From assembly GCA_002869265.1 (NCBI GenBank), contig PKTH01000011.1, forward strand, positions 10,843 to 74,842: a stretch of DNA of 64,000 nucleotides, in the 5' to 3' direction. The stretch's first letter is position 1. Every line of letters begins with the position of its first letter. The position numbers and the translations under genes were made by a program. Of the stretch, positions 37,419 through 45,994 are shown piece by piece. Origin of the DNA: Candidatus Parcubacteria bacterium. Its GTDB lineage: Bacteria > Patescibacteriota > Patescibacteriia > Patescibacteriales > BM507. The notes beneath the pieces were generated by a model. It ran no database searches and had not been told where the DNA came from. It was given only the letters and a program-made list of their open reading frames with translations.

Positions 37419-37500
37419 ACCAAGAAAAACATTTGATTTTTCCGACCTAAGAGAGATTTGGGATTATCGAGAGCTTTTATATTTTTTTACCCATTGTTGA
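37396..37500 (+). pseudogene. Truncated N-terminal fragment of an ABC-2 type (Wzm/TagG-like) polysaccharide exporter permease
   Basis: 34-codon ORF MEKITIIKPRKTFDFSDLREIWDYRELLYFFTHC*. The string L-x-E-I/L-W-x-Y-R-E-L-L is the characteristic N-terminus of ABC-2 permeases. The membrane domain is absent. Confidence 0.45.
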
Positions 37501-37595
37501 TATTTAACATTCTTAAAGGACCGAAAGATAGTTTGCCTATATTGTTTAGAATTGACTTTTTGTGATATAATGGTTGTATATTAAATTTTATAATT

Positions 37596-38219
37596 ATGTT
37601 TAAAAAACACTTTTTAGCACCATTAACTATAGTATTCTTTTCTTTTTTTGTAAGTCTTTTTCTTTTTGCTCCTGTGTCTTTTAAAAATGTTGCTCTAGCA
37701 CTTAACTTAGCAGATTATAATAAAAGCCCTGGGGATCAATTAACCAATAATGATTGGAATAGATTGTCCGATGACTTTGTGGCCAAGAGTGGTGACACTA
37801 TGACAGGGCCTTTATTGTTACCTTCAAGCACTCCATCTTCATCAAACGAGGCGGTGTCTAAAGACTATGTTGACAACATGGCTCTTGTTCTTGGTCCTTC
37901 TGGAGATCAATATAAAATGTACTGTGATCATGGACCAGTTGGTGGCTGGACCAGTTATGGTACCGCAGGGTCTGCGACCGTCGCAACAGTCGTCGACTCA
38001 AGTGCTTCCGGGTTCTCTTCTGTTATTAGATATTTTGTTTCTTTGACTGGGTCAAATGTGGCTCCAACCCTAGGTCAGAATACAATATATAATATGACCA
38101 GTAACTCATTCGAACTTCATATAGTATATGCAGATTGGCATGGAGAATTTAATCCATTTACTGGCGATCAGGCGAATACTTGGGGCTGGCAAGTCCATTG
38201 GTGTGCTGTAGGTTATTAG
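37596..38219 (+). CDS. Secreted protein with a phage tail-fibre-like N-terminal motif
   Basis: Signal peptide (FLAPLTIVFFSFFVSLFLFAPVSF). The motif KSGDTMTGPLLLP...NEAVSKDYVDN resembles the G-x-M-T-G-x-L / K-x-YVD motif of tail-fibre and collar proteins. Confidence 0.6.
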   Translation: MFKKHFLAPLTIVFFSFFVSLFLFAPVSFKNVALALNLADYNKSPGDQLTNNDWNRLSDDFVAKSGDTMTGPLLLPSSTPSSSNEAVSKDYVDNMALVLGPSGDQYKMYCDHGPVGGWTSYGTAGSATVATVVDSSASGFSSVIRYFVSLTGSNVAPTLGQNTIYNMTSNSFELHIVYADWHGEFNPFTGDQANTWGWQVHWCAVGY

Positions 38220-38223
38220 TATT

Positions 38224-38745
38224 ATGAAATATATAACAAAAACATTATTTTTTTCTTTATTTTTTCTCTTAGGTTTTCTGTCATCTTATCTTATTAATCA
38301 AGGAATTAAAGAACAATCCTATGAGGCCTGCAGGGAAGAAGTTAAAGAAAGGTTCAGTCTACTTGACCCTGCAACAGCAGAAAGGATCGACCTCAAGGCC
38401 CCTGTAAAGGCTGTCTTTGGAAAAATTGAGACAATCGGAGGAAATGAAATCACAGTTAAGATAAGACCAATAAATGCAGTTGCTGACCCAGAGCTGGATT
38501 TTAGAGATGTATTGATAGGTGACAAAACACAAATAGTTAAATATGTTCCAAAGAATAATTCTGCCGCTCAGGTGAGTGAGGTTGGTGATGAGCAGGCTTA
38601 CGAAGAGGATGGTTATACTTATGAAAAGGCGATATTAGACATTAATAGTCTCAGCGCTGGCCAAAATGTGGTTGTTCACTCTGATATTGATATCGAAAAC
38701 GAGAGAGAATTTATTGCCAGAGAGATTGTTATATACGAAAATTAA
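38224..38745 (+). CDS. Hypothetical membrane-anchored protein
   Basis: 173 aa with an N-terminal TM. Starts 4 nt after the previous gene. No motif recognised. Confidence 0.6.
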   Translation: MKYITKTLFFSLFFLLGFLSSYLINQGIKEQSYEACREEVKERFSLLDPATAERIDLKAPVKAVFGKIETIGGNEITVKIRPINAVADPELDFRDVLIGDKTQIVKYVPKNNSAAQVSEVGDEQAYEEDGYTYEKAILDINSLSAGQNVVVHSDIDIENEREFIAREIVIYEN

Positions 38746-38823
38746 AAGAACCAATCAAATAAGGGAGGCAGGTAAAGTTACTATTTGTTAACCCTTTTTT
38801 TATTTCAAGAAATAGAGATGTAA

Positions 38824-39717
38824 ATGAAAACACAACCTAAATTTTCAATAGTTATAGCAAATTATAATTATGGCCGATATATTGAAGAGGCCATAAAAAG
38901 TGTTTTCTCTCAGACATATTCAAACTGGGAAATTATTGTTGTTGATGATGGGTCAACTGACAACTCGGTAGTTAATATAAAAAAGTTTTTACCAAGCAAA
39001 AGAATTAAATTGTTTGAATTAAATAAAAACATGGGATGTGGTTATGCTAAAGACTATGCAATTAAAAAGAGCAATGGCGATATAGTTGGAATTTTAGATT
39101 CAGACGACTGTCTAAGCATTAATTGTTTAGAGGAAGTCGTGCTAGCTTATAACAAGGAGAGTGAAGCTGGTATGATTTATACGACTAGTTTTCAGTGTGA
39201 CAGTAACCTTGAAAAGAAAAAAATAACTGACTGGGTTGGAGCTCTAGGTGACAATAAAACTAATTTACACGAATCAAGGATAGATCATTTCTTAACCTTT
39301 AGAAAAGAGCTTTACAGCAAGACAGTTGGAATTAACAATAAGCTAAGAAGCGCAGTTGATAAGGACCTTATTTACAAGCTAGAGGAGGTTACGCAACCGG
39401 TTTTTTTGGATAAGCCACTTTATTATAGACGTGATAATGATAAGGGGATTTCCCAAAAAAAACAGGAAGCAGATGCCTATCTTAATTGTGTTGATGTCAT
39501 GTTCGATGCTTTTAAAAGAAGAAAAGGTTTGAATTTTAATAATTTATCGAACAGAAAAATGTCAGAGGTATTAATGAAAGCATCTCTACTGGCCACTAGA
39601 AGAAAGAAGTATATATTGTTTGTTATTTTTATTCTTAGAGGTATTGTCCTGTGTCCTAGAAATATTTTACTCTTTTATAATTTTGCAATAAGAAAATTGT
39701 TTATAAAAAAACGATGA
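38824..39717 (+). CDS. Family 2 glycosyltransferase (paralogue 1)
   Basis: N-terminus FSIVIANYNYGRYIEEAIKSVFSQTYSNWEIIVVDDGSTDNS and a DSDD motif (LDSDD). Confidence 0.85.
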   Translation: MKTQPKFSIVIANYNYGRYIEEAIKSVFSQTYSNWEIIVVDDGSTDNSVVNIKKFLPSKRIKLFELNKNMGCGYAKDYAIKKSNGDIVGILDSDDCLSINCLEEVVLAYNKESEAGMIYTTSFQCDSNLEKKKITDWVGALGDNKTNLHESRIDHFLTFRKELYSKTVGINNKLRSAVDKDLIYKLEEVTQPVFLDKPLYYRRDNDKGISQKKQEADAYLNCVDVMFDAFKRRKGLNFNNLSNRKMSEVLMKASLLATRRKKYILFVIFILRGIVLCPRNILLFYNFAIRKLFIKKR

Positions 39718-40637
39718 AATTATTATCAATTGTCGTTTGCACAATAGGGAAAACCGAAACGCTTCAAGACTCATTAGAAGAGATTCTGCTTCAAATCAGA
39801 AACTCAGATGTAGAATTGGTTTTGGTTGCTAATAATCAAAAAAGTTTTGATTTGCTAAAAAGCTTTAACTTTAGGGATGACAATAAATTAAGTATTCATT
39901 TTGAGGAAAAGATTGGTTTAAGTTTTGCAAGGAATAGGGGGGTTAAAGAGGCTTCCGGAGAATATGTATTATTTACTGATGATGATGCATTCTTGAGTGA
40001 AGGTTTTATTGATGAACTTTTTAAGACTCTCAAATCAAACAAACACGATATTGTCGGAGGCCCCATAAAACCTTTTTTTCTGACAGGCAAAGCTAAATGG
40101 TTTAAAGAAGATTATGAGACCCTGTATTTTGGTGAACAAGGAAGGAATCTTAAAGAAAACGAATTTCTGTATGGACCTAATATTATAATAAAAAAAGAAA
40201 TTATAAATCACATTGGTGGTTTTGATCCATCCTTCGGTCTTAGAGGGGAGAAAATATATTTAGGCGAGGAGATAGATATACAGATTAGAGCAAGAAAGAA
40301 GGGGTATAAGGTCTTCTACAATCCAGATCTTTTGGTAAAGCATTATATCGAGAAGAGAAAGACAAGTCTTTCATATGTTGTTTTAAGGAGATTTCAATCA
40401 GCACAGTCAAATTTTTTTCTTTTTTCAAAGGATAACTGTATTGTGGACACTTGTTTCTATCTGCTAAGGCAAGGAGTTATTATTGTTTTTAGATTATTAA
40501 CCTTTTTTTTTCGAGACAGAAATAAATGGCCACATTGGCAACAGTATTTTATAGAAGAATTTTTAAGAAGGACAGAAGCATTTGTTTGGTTATTTTTGTG
40601 TATAAAAAAATCATTTCGTTTGGATAAAATTTTATGA
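39714..40637 (+). CDS. Family 2 glycosyltransferase (divergent)
   Basis: LSIVVCTIGKTE... with DDDA motif (LFTDDDAFL). Start overlaps the upstream stop as ATGA. Confidence 0.8.
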   Translation: MKLLSIVVCTIGKTETLQDSLEEILLQIRNSDVELVLVANNQKSFDLLKSFNFRDDNKLSIHFEEKIGLSFARNRGVKEASGEYVLFTDDDAFLSEGFIDELFKTLKSNKHDIVGGPIKPFFLTGKAKWFKEDYETLYFGEQGRNLKENEFLYGPNIIIKKEIINHIGGFDPSFGLRGEKIYLGEEIDIQIRARKKGYKVFYNPDLLVKHYIEKRKTSLSYVVLRRFQSAQSNFFLFSKDNCIVDTCFYLLRQGVIIVFRLLTFFFRDRNKWPHWQQYFIEEFLRRTEAFVWLFLCIKKSFRLDKIL

Positions 40638-41527
40638 AAAATATCTTGATTTCAGTTTTAATGGCTAATCGGAATAACCAGAAATATATTAGCCAATCTA
40701 TAGAAAGCTTAATTAGCCAGACTTATCATAACTGGGAGCTGATTATCGTTGACGATTGTTCAAGTGACAACTCTCCATCTATCGCCTATGCTTATTTAAA
40801 GGATCAAAGGATTAAATATTATAGAAACAAGGAGCGGTTATATTGTGGGGGGGCAAAAAAATATGCGGCTAGTAAAGCGTCAGGAAGCATTTTTGTTGTT
40901 CTGGATTCGGATGACATATTATTATCAAGTGCTTTGCATTGTCTTGTTCAAAGCCATATTGAAAGTATTGATTCGGGTTTAATTTATAGTAACCATTCTT
41001 ACATAGATGAAAAGGGTCGGGTTATAGGTAAGAATCTCTGGACTGGAGAGGTGGAGAGCGGTAGTACTCATCTGCATGAGATCAAAGCCCACCATGTCCT
41101 GTCCTTTAAAGAAAAATATTATAATATGTGTGGTGGTTTTTCAGATGAATTCAGGGTTGCTGAAGACAAAGATCTGATATATAAAATTGAAGAAGTTTCT
41201 AAGACTAGGCATATTGATGGGGAATTATATTGTTACAGAATTCATAATAACAGCATTTCCCAGAAAGGAGCAAAGGCAAATTTATCGAAAACTTACGATA
41301 TAAAGGCAAAATATAGTGCATTTCTCAGAAGAAAAAACAATGGTTTCCACTCTCTTTCTGAAGAGAGAATGGCAGAGCTTCTTTACGAGGGGGCGGCCAG
41401 ATCTGTACTTGGCTTCAATATAATTAATTTTCTTTGGTTTTTTCAAAAAGCATTTAAGCTTAATAGAAACATGTTCAGAGGCGTGGTGGTTATTTTAAAT
41501 AAAATAGTTAATAAAAAAAATGCCTAA
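40634..41527 (+). CDS. Family 2 glycosyltransferase (paralogue 2)
   Basis: ISVLMANRNNQKYISQSIESLISQTYHNWELIIVDDCSSDNS and LDSDD. Colinear with the 38824 product. Confidence 0.85.
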   Translation: MKNILISVLMANRNNQKYISQSIESLISQTYHNWELIIVDDCSSDNSPSIAYAYLKDQRIKYYRNKERLYCGGAKKYAASKASGSIFVVLDSDDILLSSALHCLVQSHIESIDSGLIYSNHSYIDEKGRVIGKNLWTGEVESGSTHLHEIKAHHVLSFKEKYYNMCGGFSDEFRVAEDKDLIYKIEEVSKTRHIDGELYCYRIHNNSISQKGAKANLSKTYDIKAKYSAFLRRKNNGFHSLSEERMAELLYEGAARSVLGFNIINFLWFFQKAFKLNRNMFRGVVVILNKIVNKKNA

Positions 41528-42413
41528 AATATCTATCTTGATGGCAAATTACAACAATGCCCTGTATATTGAAGAATCAATCAAGTCTATTCTAGAACAG
41601 GAGTACAAGGACTGGGAGCTTATTATCGTTGATGATTGCTCAATAGACAATTCTGTGGAAAAGATTTCTAAAAACTTGGGAGAGGATAGAATTCGTTTTT
41701 ATAAAAATGAATTAAACCAAGGATACATAGCTACACTGAAAAAAATGATTTCATTAAGTTCCACAAATATTTTAACTATAGTGGACAGTGATGACGCGAT
41801 TAATAAAAACGCTTTGAAGACATTAATGAAAGTATTTTTGGATAATCCCAGTGTTGGACTTGTCTACTCACAGAATTGGCACTGTGATGAGAATTTAAAA
41901 ATACTTAAAAAGGGGTACTAACAGGCCTTGCCAGAGGGGGAGAGTAATCTGAGAAATAATTACATACATCATTTACGCGCATTTAAAAAGAGTGAGTATC
42001 TAAAAACCTCTGGGTACGATGAGGACATCCTTTACGCAGAAGACATAGATATAATCCTTAAATTAGAGGAGGTGACGGAAATATATTTTATTGATAAGCC
42101 TTTGTATTACTATAGAGTGTTAAAAAATTCCCAAACCCACGGGTTTAGAAATGAAATGATTAATAGATCCTCTGCGGCACTTGCAAAGTATAATGCGTAC
42201 AAGAGAAGAGAGATGAAAGGACTAGACAACTTAGATAAAAACGAAATAACTTTTGTCTTATTTCTTGGACTTATTACCTCTGTTTTATCATTTAGAGTGT
42301 CTTTGTTTTTTGTATTTTTACGAGGGCTATTTAAAATTTCTCCTTTTTTTATATTTAATATAAATTTCTATAAACAGATTTTTCTAAAAATAAAAAAAAT
42401 AAAAAACTTTTAG
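41520..42413 (+). pseudogene. Family 2 glycosyltransferase (paralogue 3) interrupted by one in-frame TAA at 41919-41921
   Basis: ORFs 41520..41921 and 41928..42413 share a frame and are separated only by TAA-CAG-GCC. Together they are colinear with the paralogues at 38824 and 40634: ISILMANYNNALYIEESIKSILEQEYKDWELIIVDDCSIDNS ... KGY*QALPEGESNL...HHLRAFKK. Confidence 0.7.
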
Positions 42414-43702
42414 GCCTCATAGACCTTCTTCTTCGAAAATATTTTTTGCCAGAATTTGTCTCTATAGATAATTATTAGAACAGCTATGTGGAAAATATCT
42501 GTTAAAATAAAAGACAATATTGTCCCCATTAAACCAAAAAAGGTTGTTAAAAAAAATAGCGCAGATATCCTGAATACAGGAACAAGGGTTTGTAAAAAAT
42601 ATAATTTTTTTGTCTCGGCATGCGCAATTAGTGCTTGGCCAAAAAGAACTTTTGGGAAAAAAATAAGAGATATTGCAAATAGTTGAGAATAGATAACAGC
42701 ATCTTCATATTGATGAAATAATATTCTAAAGATTAGGGGAGATGATAGGTAGTAAAGTACAATTATCGGTATAAGCACAATTGAAAATTTAAGACTTTTG
42801 ACGAGTAGAGTTTTTTTCAGATCATCCATTTTTCTCTGGCTTAGTTTTGGTAAGAAAATATTTGAAAAATTCCCTAGAAAGCTGGTTATTTCAGAAATAG
42901 GTCTTGTGGCAAAAGAGTATATTGCAAGTTGCACCGGCCCCAAAAGATTAAAGATGAGAATCTTGTCTATATTAAAAGAGATAGTTGAAAGAACACCCAT
43001 CAAACTTAAGTGCTTTCCATATTTAATAAAAGACTCATCTTTATTTTTATTGGGTGGAAAATTTTTAAGAGTTAGTCGAATTAAAATTATTTTAGACAAA
43101 ACACCAAAGACAAGAAAAGTGCTTAGTATAATATAGATATTCTTTGTAAAAACAGTAGCAATAAGGAGTGGGAAAAAATTTAAAAAATTTCCAAATATTT
43201 TATATTTTGCAATTGTTTGGAAATTCTTTTTCCCAAATAAATATGCTGCCCATAAATCAAGGTTGTTTAAAAATGGCACAAAGACTACTGAAATGAGGAA
43301 TATAACAGACAGGGTTATGTCGTTCTGGGTGAAATAATAAAATGACAGGAAAAGAGATATAATCGATCCGAGGACACCCCATTTCGCCTTTTCTGTTATA
43401 GCTTTCTTGACCACCATTTCATTTCCTTGAGCAACGGTTCGTGTTACAGAGGTATCTATCCCACTTAAGGTAGATATCATTAGTATTGTAATCACTGATA
43501 AAGAATATCTGTATGTTCCGTAGATTTCGGGGGAGAGATAGTTAGCAAATACTATAGCAATAAGAAAGCTAGAAGAAACAGAAAAAAACTTCTCAATTGT
43601 TAGCCAAAATCCTCCGTTTGCTAAATAAACCATATCAGTGTTTGTCCATTTCTCAGTCCATTTAAGAAATACTATTATATATTTTTTGAAATAATCTATC
43701 AT
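42410..43702 (-). CDS. Wzx-type oligosaccharide flippase (polysaccharide biosynthesis/MOP family)
   Basis: 430 aa with about 12 TM segments. N-terminal pattern and length are typical of Wzx. Convergent with the GT2 array. Confidence 0.75.
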   Translation of the reverse strand: MIDYFKKYIIVFLKWTEKWTNTDMVYLANGGFWLTIEKFFSVSSSFLIAIVFANYLSPEIYGTYRYSLSVITILMISTLSGIDTSVTRTVAQGNEMVVKKAITEKAKWGVLGSIISLFLSFYYFTQNDITLSVIFLISVVFVPFLNNLDLWAAYLFGKKNFQTIAKYKIFGNFLNFFPLLIATVFTKNIYIILSTFLVFGVLSKIILIRLTLKNFPPNKNKDESFIKYGKHLSLMGVLSTISFNIDKILIFNLLGPVQLAIYSFATRPISEITSFLGNFSNIFLPKLSQRKMDDLKKTLLVKSLKFSIVLIPIIVLYYLSSPLIFRILFHQYEDAVIYSQLFAISLIFFPKVLFGQALIAHAETKKLYFLQTLVPVFRISALFFLTTFFGLMGTILSFILTDIFHIAVLIIIYRDKFWQKIFSKKKVYEA

Positions 43703-44379
43703 TTTTTTAAAAAGTATTTTGGTATCTCATGTTCTTGTTGTTTGCTTTTTTGAGCAACAACTATCATCCAGGGTCCAACTATTTTTATTTCTAAAATGCT
43801 TATTCTTTTTTTTAGGAAATTATAAATCCTTGACAGGTCAAAGTATACGACGTGCTCATTTATCTGAATTGAATCTTCAAATGGAGTAGATATGAGCAGG
43901 AGACCATTTTCTTCTAGATGGGAAATGGCCTGATCAATAGTTTGCTTCCACCTTTTTACATGTTCCAGGGTTTCAAAACAGCTTATAATATCAAATTTTG
44001 ACCATAGATTAATTTTGGGAAGAGTTCGCACATGGCCTTCTATGTTTTTTTTGATAAGATTGTCTATCGCTTTTTTGGAAAAATCTATGCCCACTCTTTT
44101 TTTAGCTTCTGGTATATTTGTAAGAAAATATCCCTGTCCACAACCAATATCTAAAACACTCTTGTTATTAAAGTCTACTCTATTAATAATATCTTTAATT
44201 AAATTATCAAAACGGAATGTTGGATTTTTTATTTCTTGACTATGAATATTGTCCCAGTACTCAGAAGAATTGACATTAAGTTTTGAGTATTTAATAAAGA
44301 GATACAAAAAGGGAAAATGTTTGTATGTAAAATTACTAAACAGGACTTTTTTTATAAATTTTTTTATTATTTTTATCAT
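43699..44379 (-). CDS. Class I SAM-dependent methyltransferase
   Basis: Motif I VLDIGCGQGYF. The post-I acidic residue and motif II context (IISCFETLEHV) are present. Confidence 0.8.
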   Translation of the reverse strand: MIKIIKKFIKKVLFSNFTYKHFPFLYLFIKYSKLNVNSSEYWDNIHSQEIKNPTFRFDNLIKDIINRVDFNNKSVLDIGCGQGYFLTNIPEAKKRVGIDFSKKAIDNLIKKNIEGHVRTLPKINLWSKFDIISCFETLEHVKRWKQTIDQAISHLEENGLLLISTPFEDSIQINEHVVYFDLSRIYNFLKKRISILEIKIVGPWMIVVAQKSKQQEHEIPKYFLKK

Positions 44380-44494
44380 CTATATTTATATTTTAGCTCT
44401 TTTAGGCTATAATTAAATAATACCAGTACTGATCTTTATCGGCAAATGTTATGCAGATAAAATATTTCCTTATTTTCTAAAAGTCAAGCAATAA

Positions 44495-45301
44495 ATGATT
44501 TGTTATTTTTACTCAACAATTTTTATTCTCGGAACATTGATTGGCAGTTTTATTAACTGTCTTGTTTGGCGTCTCCATAAAAACGAAAGTATTTTGGGGA
44601 GGTCTTATTGTCCTAAGTGTCGAAAGCAAATCTACTGGTATGAAAATATTCCAATTCTTTCATATATATTCTTGAAAGCAAAATGTAGTGGTTGTGGGAA
44701 GAAGATTAGTATTCAATATCCTTTAGTAGAACTTATTACAGGCATCTTATTTGCTCTGTCTTTTTATTTAAATTTAGTTAACTTGGGCGCGATTGATCTT
44801 TATGGCATTGTTTTTTCGTTTGATTTTGAGTTTTTAATTAGAGTTATTAGAGATTTGTTTTTAATTTCTGTAATGATAATTATCTTTTTATACGACCTCC
44901 GTTGGTATTTAATTTTGGACAGAATAACTCTACCTGCGATTTTTCTTATTTTTGCATTAAACATTTTTCTAGGCTTTGACCTAAAAAGTCTTTTACTCGG
45001 CGTTCTAGTTGGGGGAGGCTTCTTCTTGTTCCAATTCTTAGTTTCTAGAGGGAAATGGATTGGAGGAGGGGATATTAGGCTGGGGGCGCTTATGGGAGCT
45101 ATGTTTTCTTGGCCAATGATTTTATTGGCCTTATTCCTTTCATACATAATTGGTTCACTTGTCTCAGTTCCTTTGGTCATTTTTGGAAAAAAAGAATGGG
45201 GCTCTCAAATACCCTTCGGAGTCTTTCTGACCAGCGCCTCTGTGGTCGTCGTTTTTTGGGGCACAGAAATTCTTAGGTGGTATCTATCTCTAATCTATTA
45301 A
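44495..45301 (+). CDS. pilD: Prepilin peptidase / N-methyltransferase PilD (A24 family)
   Basis: N-terminal Cys pairs (CPKC...CSGCG), polytopic membrane core, and catalytic Asp contexts (LYDLRWYLILD; GGGDIRLGALMG). Confidence 0.9.
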   Translation: MICYFYSTIFILGTLIGSFINCLVWRLHKNESILGRSYCPKCRKQIYWYENIPILSYIFLKAKCSGCGKKISIQYPLVELITGILFALSFYLNLVNLGAIDLYGIVFSFDFEFLIRVIRDLFLISVMIIIFLYDLRWYLILDRITLPAIFLIFALNIFLGFDLKSLLLGVLVGGGFFLFQFLVSRGKWIGGGDIRLGALMGAMFSWPMILLALFLSYIIGSLVSVPLVIFGKKEWGSQIPFGVFLTSASVVVVFWGTEILRWYLSLIY

Positions 45302-45346
45302 TATATTTATAATCTAATATTAGACAAAAAAATTGTCTTTATTTTT

Positions 45347-45375
45347 TTGTTTTAATGCTCTTTTTGTGTTATAAT
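45347..45375 (+). promoter_or_regulatory. Putative promoter of the minor-pilin operon (extended -10)
   Basis: -35 TTGTTT (45347-45352), 17-nt spacer, TGT-TATAAT (45367-45375). The string tgtgttataat is identical to the pilM promoter. Confidence 0.4.
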
Positions 45376-45397
45376 TTGCATATATTAGATAAAATTA

Positions 45398-45994
45398 ATG
45401 AATATTTTAAAGAAAAAATCAGGCTTTAGTCTTATTGAGCTTGTAGTCTCCATATCTATAATTGCTATAATTTCCGCTATAATGATAGCTAACTATAGGT
45501 CTGGGGGGAATTCCAATGAGTTAAGTGTTGCTGCCCAGAACTTGGTTAGTGAAATAAGAAAAGCTCAGGCATATTCATTGAGCCACAGAGAACATAATGG
45601 GACTATTTATCCAACAGGCGGCTGGGGAGTTCGCCTGACAGATGATACTTCAGGTGATCTGAATAAGAATTTTATATTTTATTATGATATCCCTGACATT
45701 GGGCCACCACTTAGAACTCAAAAGTTTGATCAAGCTATTGAGAAAAGCTATTCATCGCAAATAGGTCATAATGTCTTTGTTTCCAATATAATTTGTGATG
45801 GGGTAGACACCAATGCCTATTTTTGGGTTGTTTTTGAGCCACCGGAACCGAAGATTAATTTTCTTCGTTCTAGTGATCCAAGTAACACTACCCTAACAGA
45901 AGGCATAAATACTGTTGAGATAGTTTTGGAACACAGTTCTGGTAAAACAAAGAGTATAATTCTAAATAAATTTGGTCTTATTGATATAAACTAA
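45398..45994 (+). CDS. Minor pilin (prepilin-type N-terminal cleavage/methylation domain)
   Basis: KKSG|FSLIELVVSISIIAIISAI leader and hydrophobic helix with Glu at +5. Confidence 0.8.
   Translation: MNILKKKSGFSLIELVVSISIIAIISAIMIANYRSGGNSNELSVAAQNLVSEIRKAQAYSLSHREHNGTIYPTGGWGVRLTDDTSGDLNKNFIFYYDIPDIGPPLRTQKFDQAIEKSYSSQIGHNVFVSNIICDGVDTNAYFWVVFEPPEPKINFLRSSDPSNTTLTEGINTVEIVLEHSSGKTKSIILNKFGLIDIN

Noticed and set aside
40847-40853. Poly-G7 (followed by A7) in the GT2 gene at 40634, and G7 at 1909-1915 in the giant gene, as slipped-strand phase-variation tracts.
   Set aside because: G6-G7 runs encoding Gly-Gly recur in several genes of the window (e.g. 1040-1045, 3483-3488, 8195-8200). They are shorter than tracts usually shown to be phase-variable. 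No evidence of length heterogeneity is available.
8230-41921. Alternative genetic code, or selenocysteine/pyrrolysine recoding, as the explanation for the two in-frame stops.
   Set aside because: Both internal stops are TAA, not TGA or TAG. TAA is also the commonest genuine terminator here. TGA clearly terminates genes (39715-39717, 40635-40637, 52981-52983, 62310-62312), so codes 4 and 25 do not apply. No SECIS-like context was examined or is expected for TAA.
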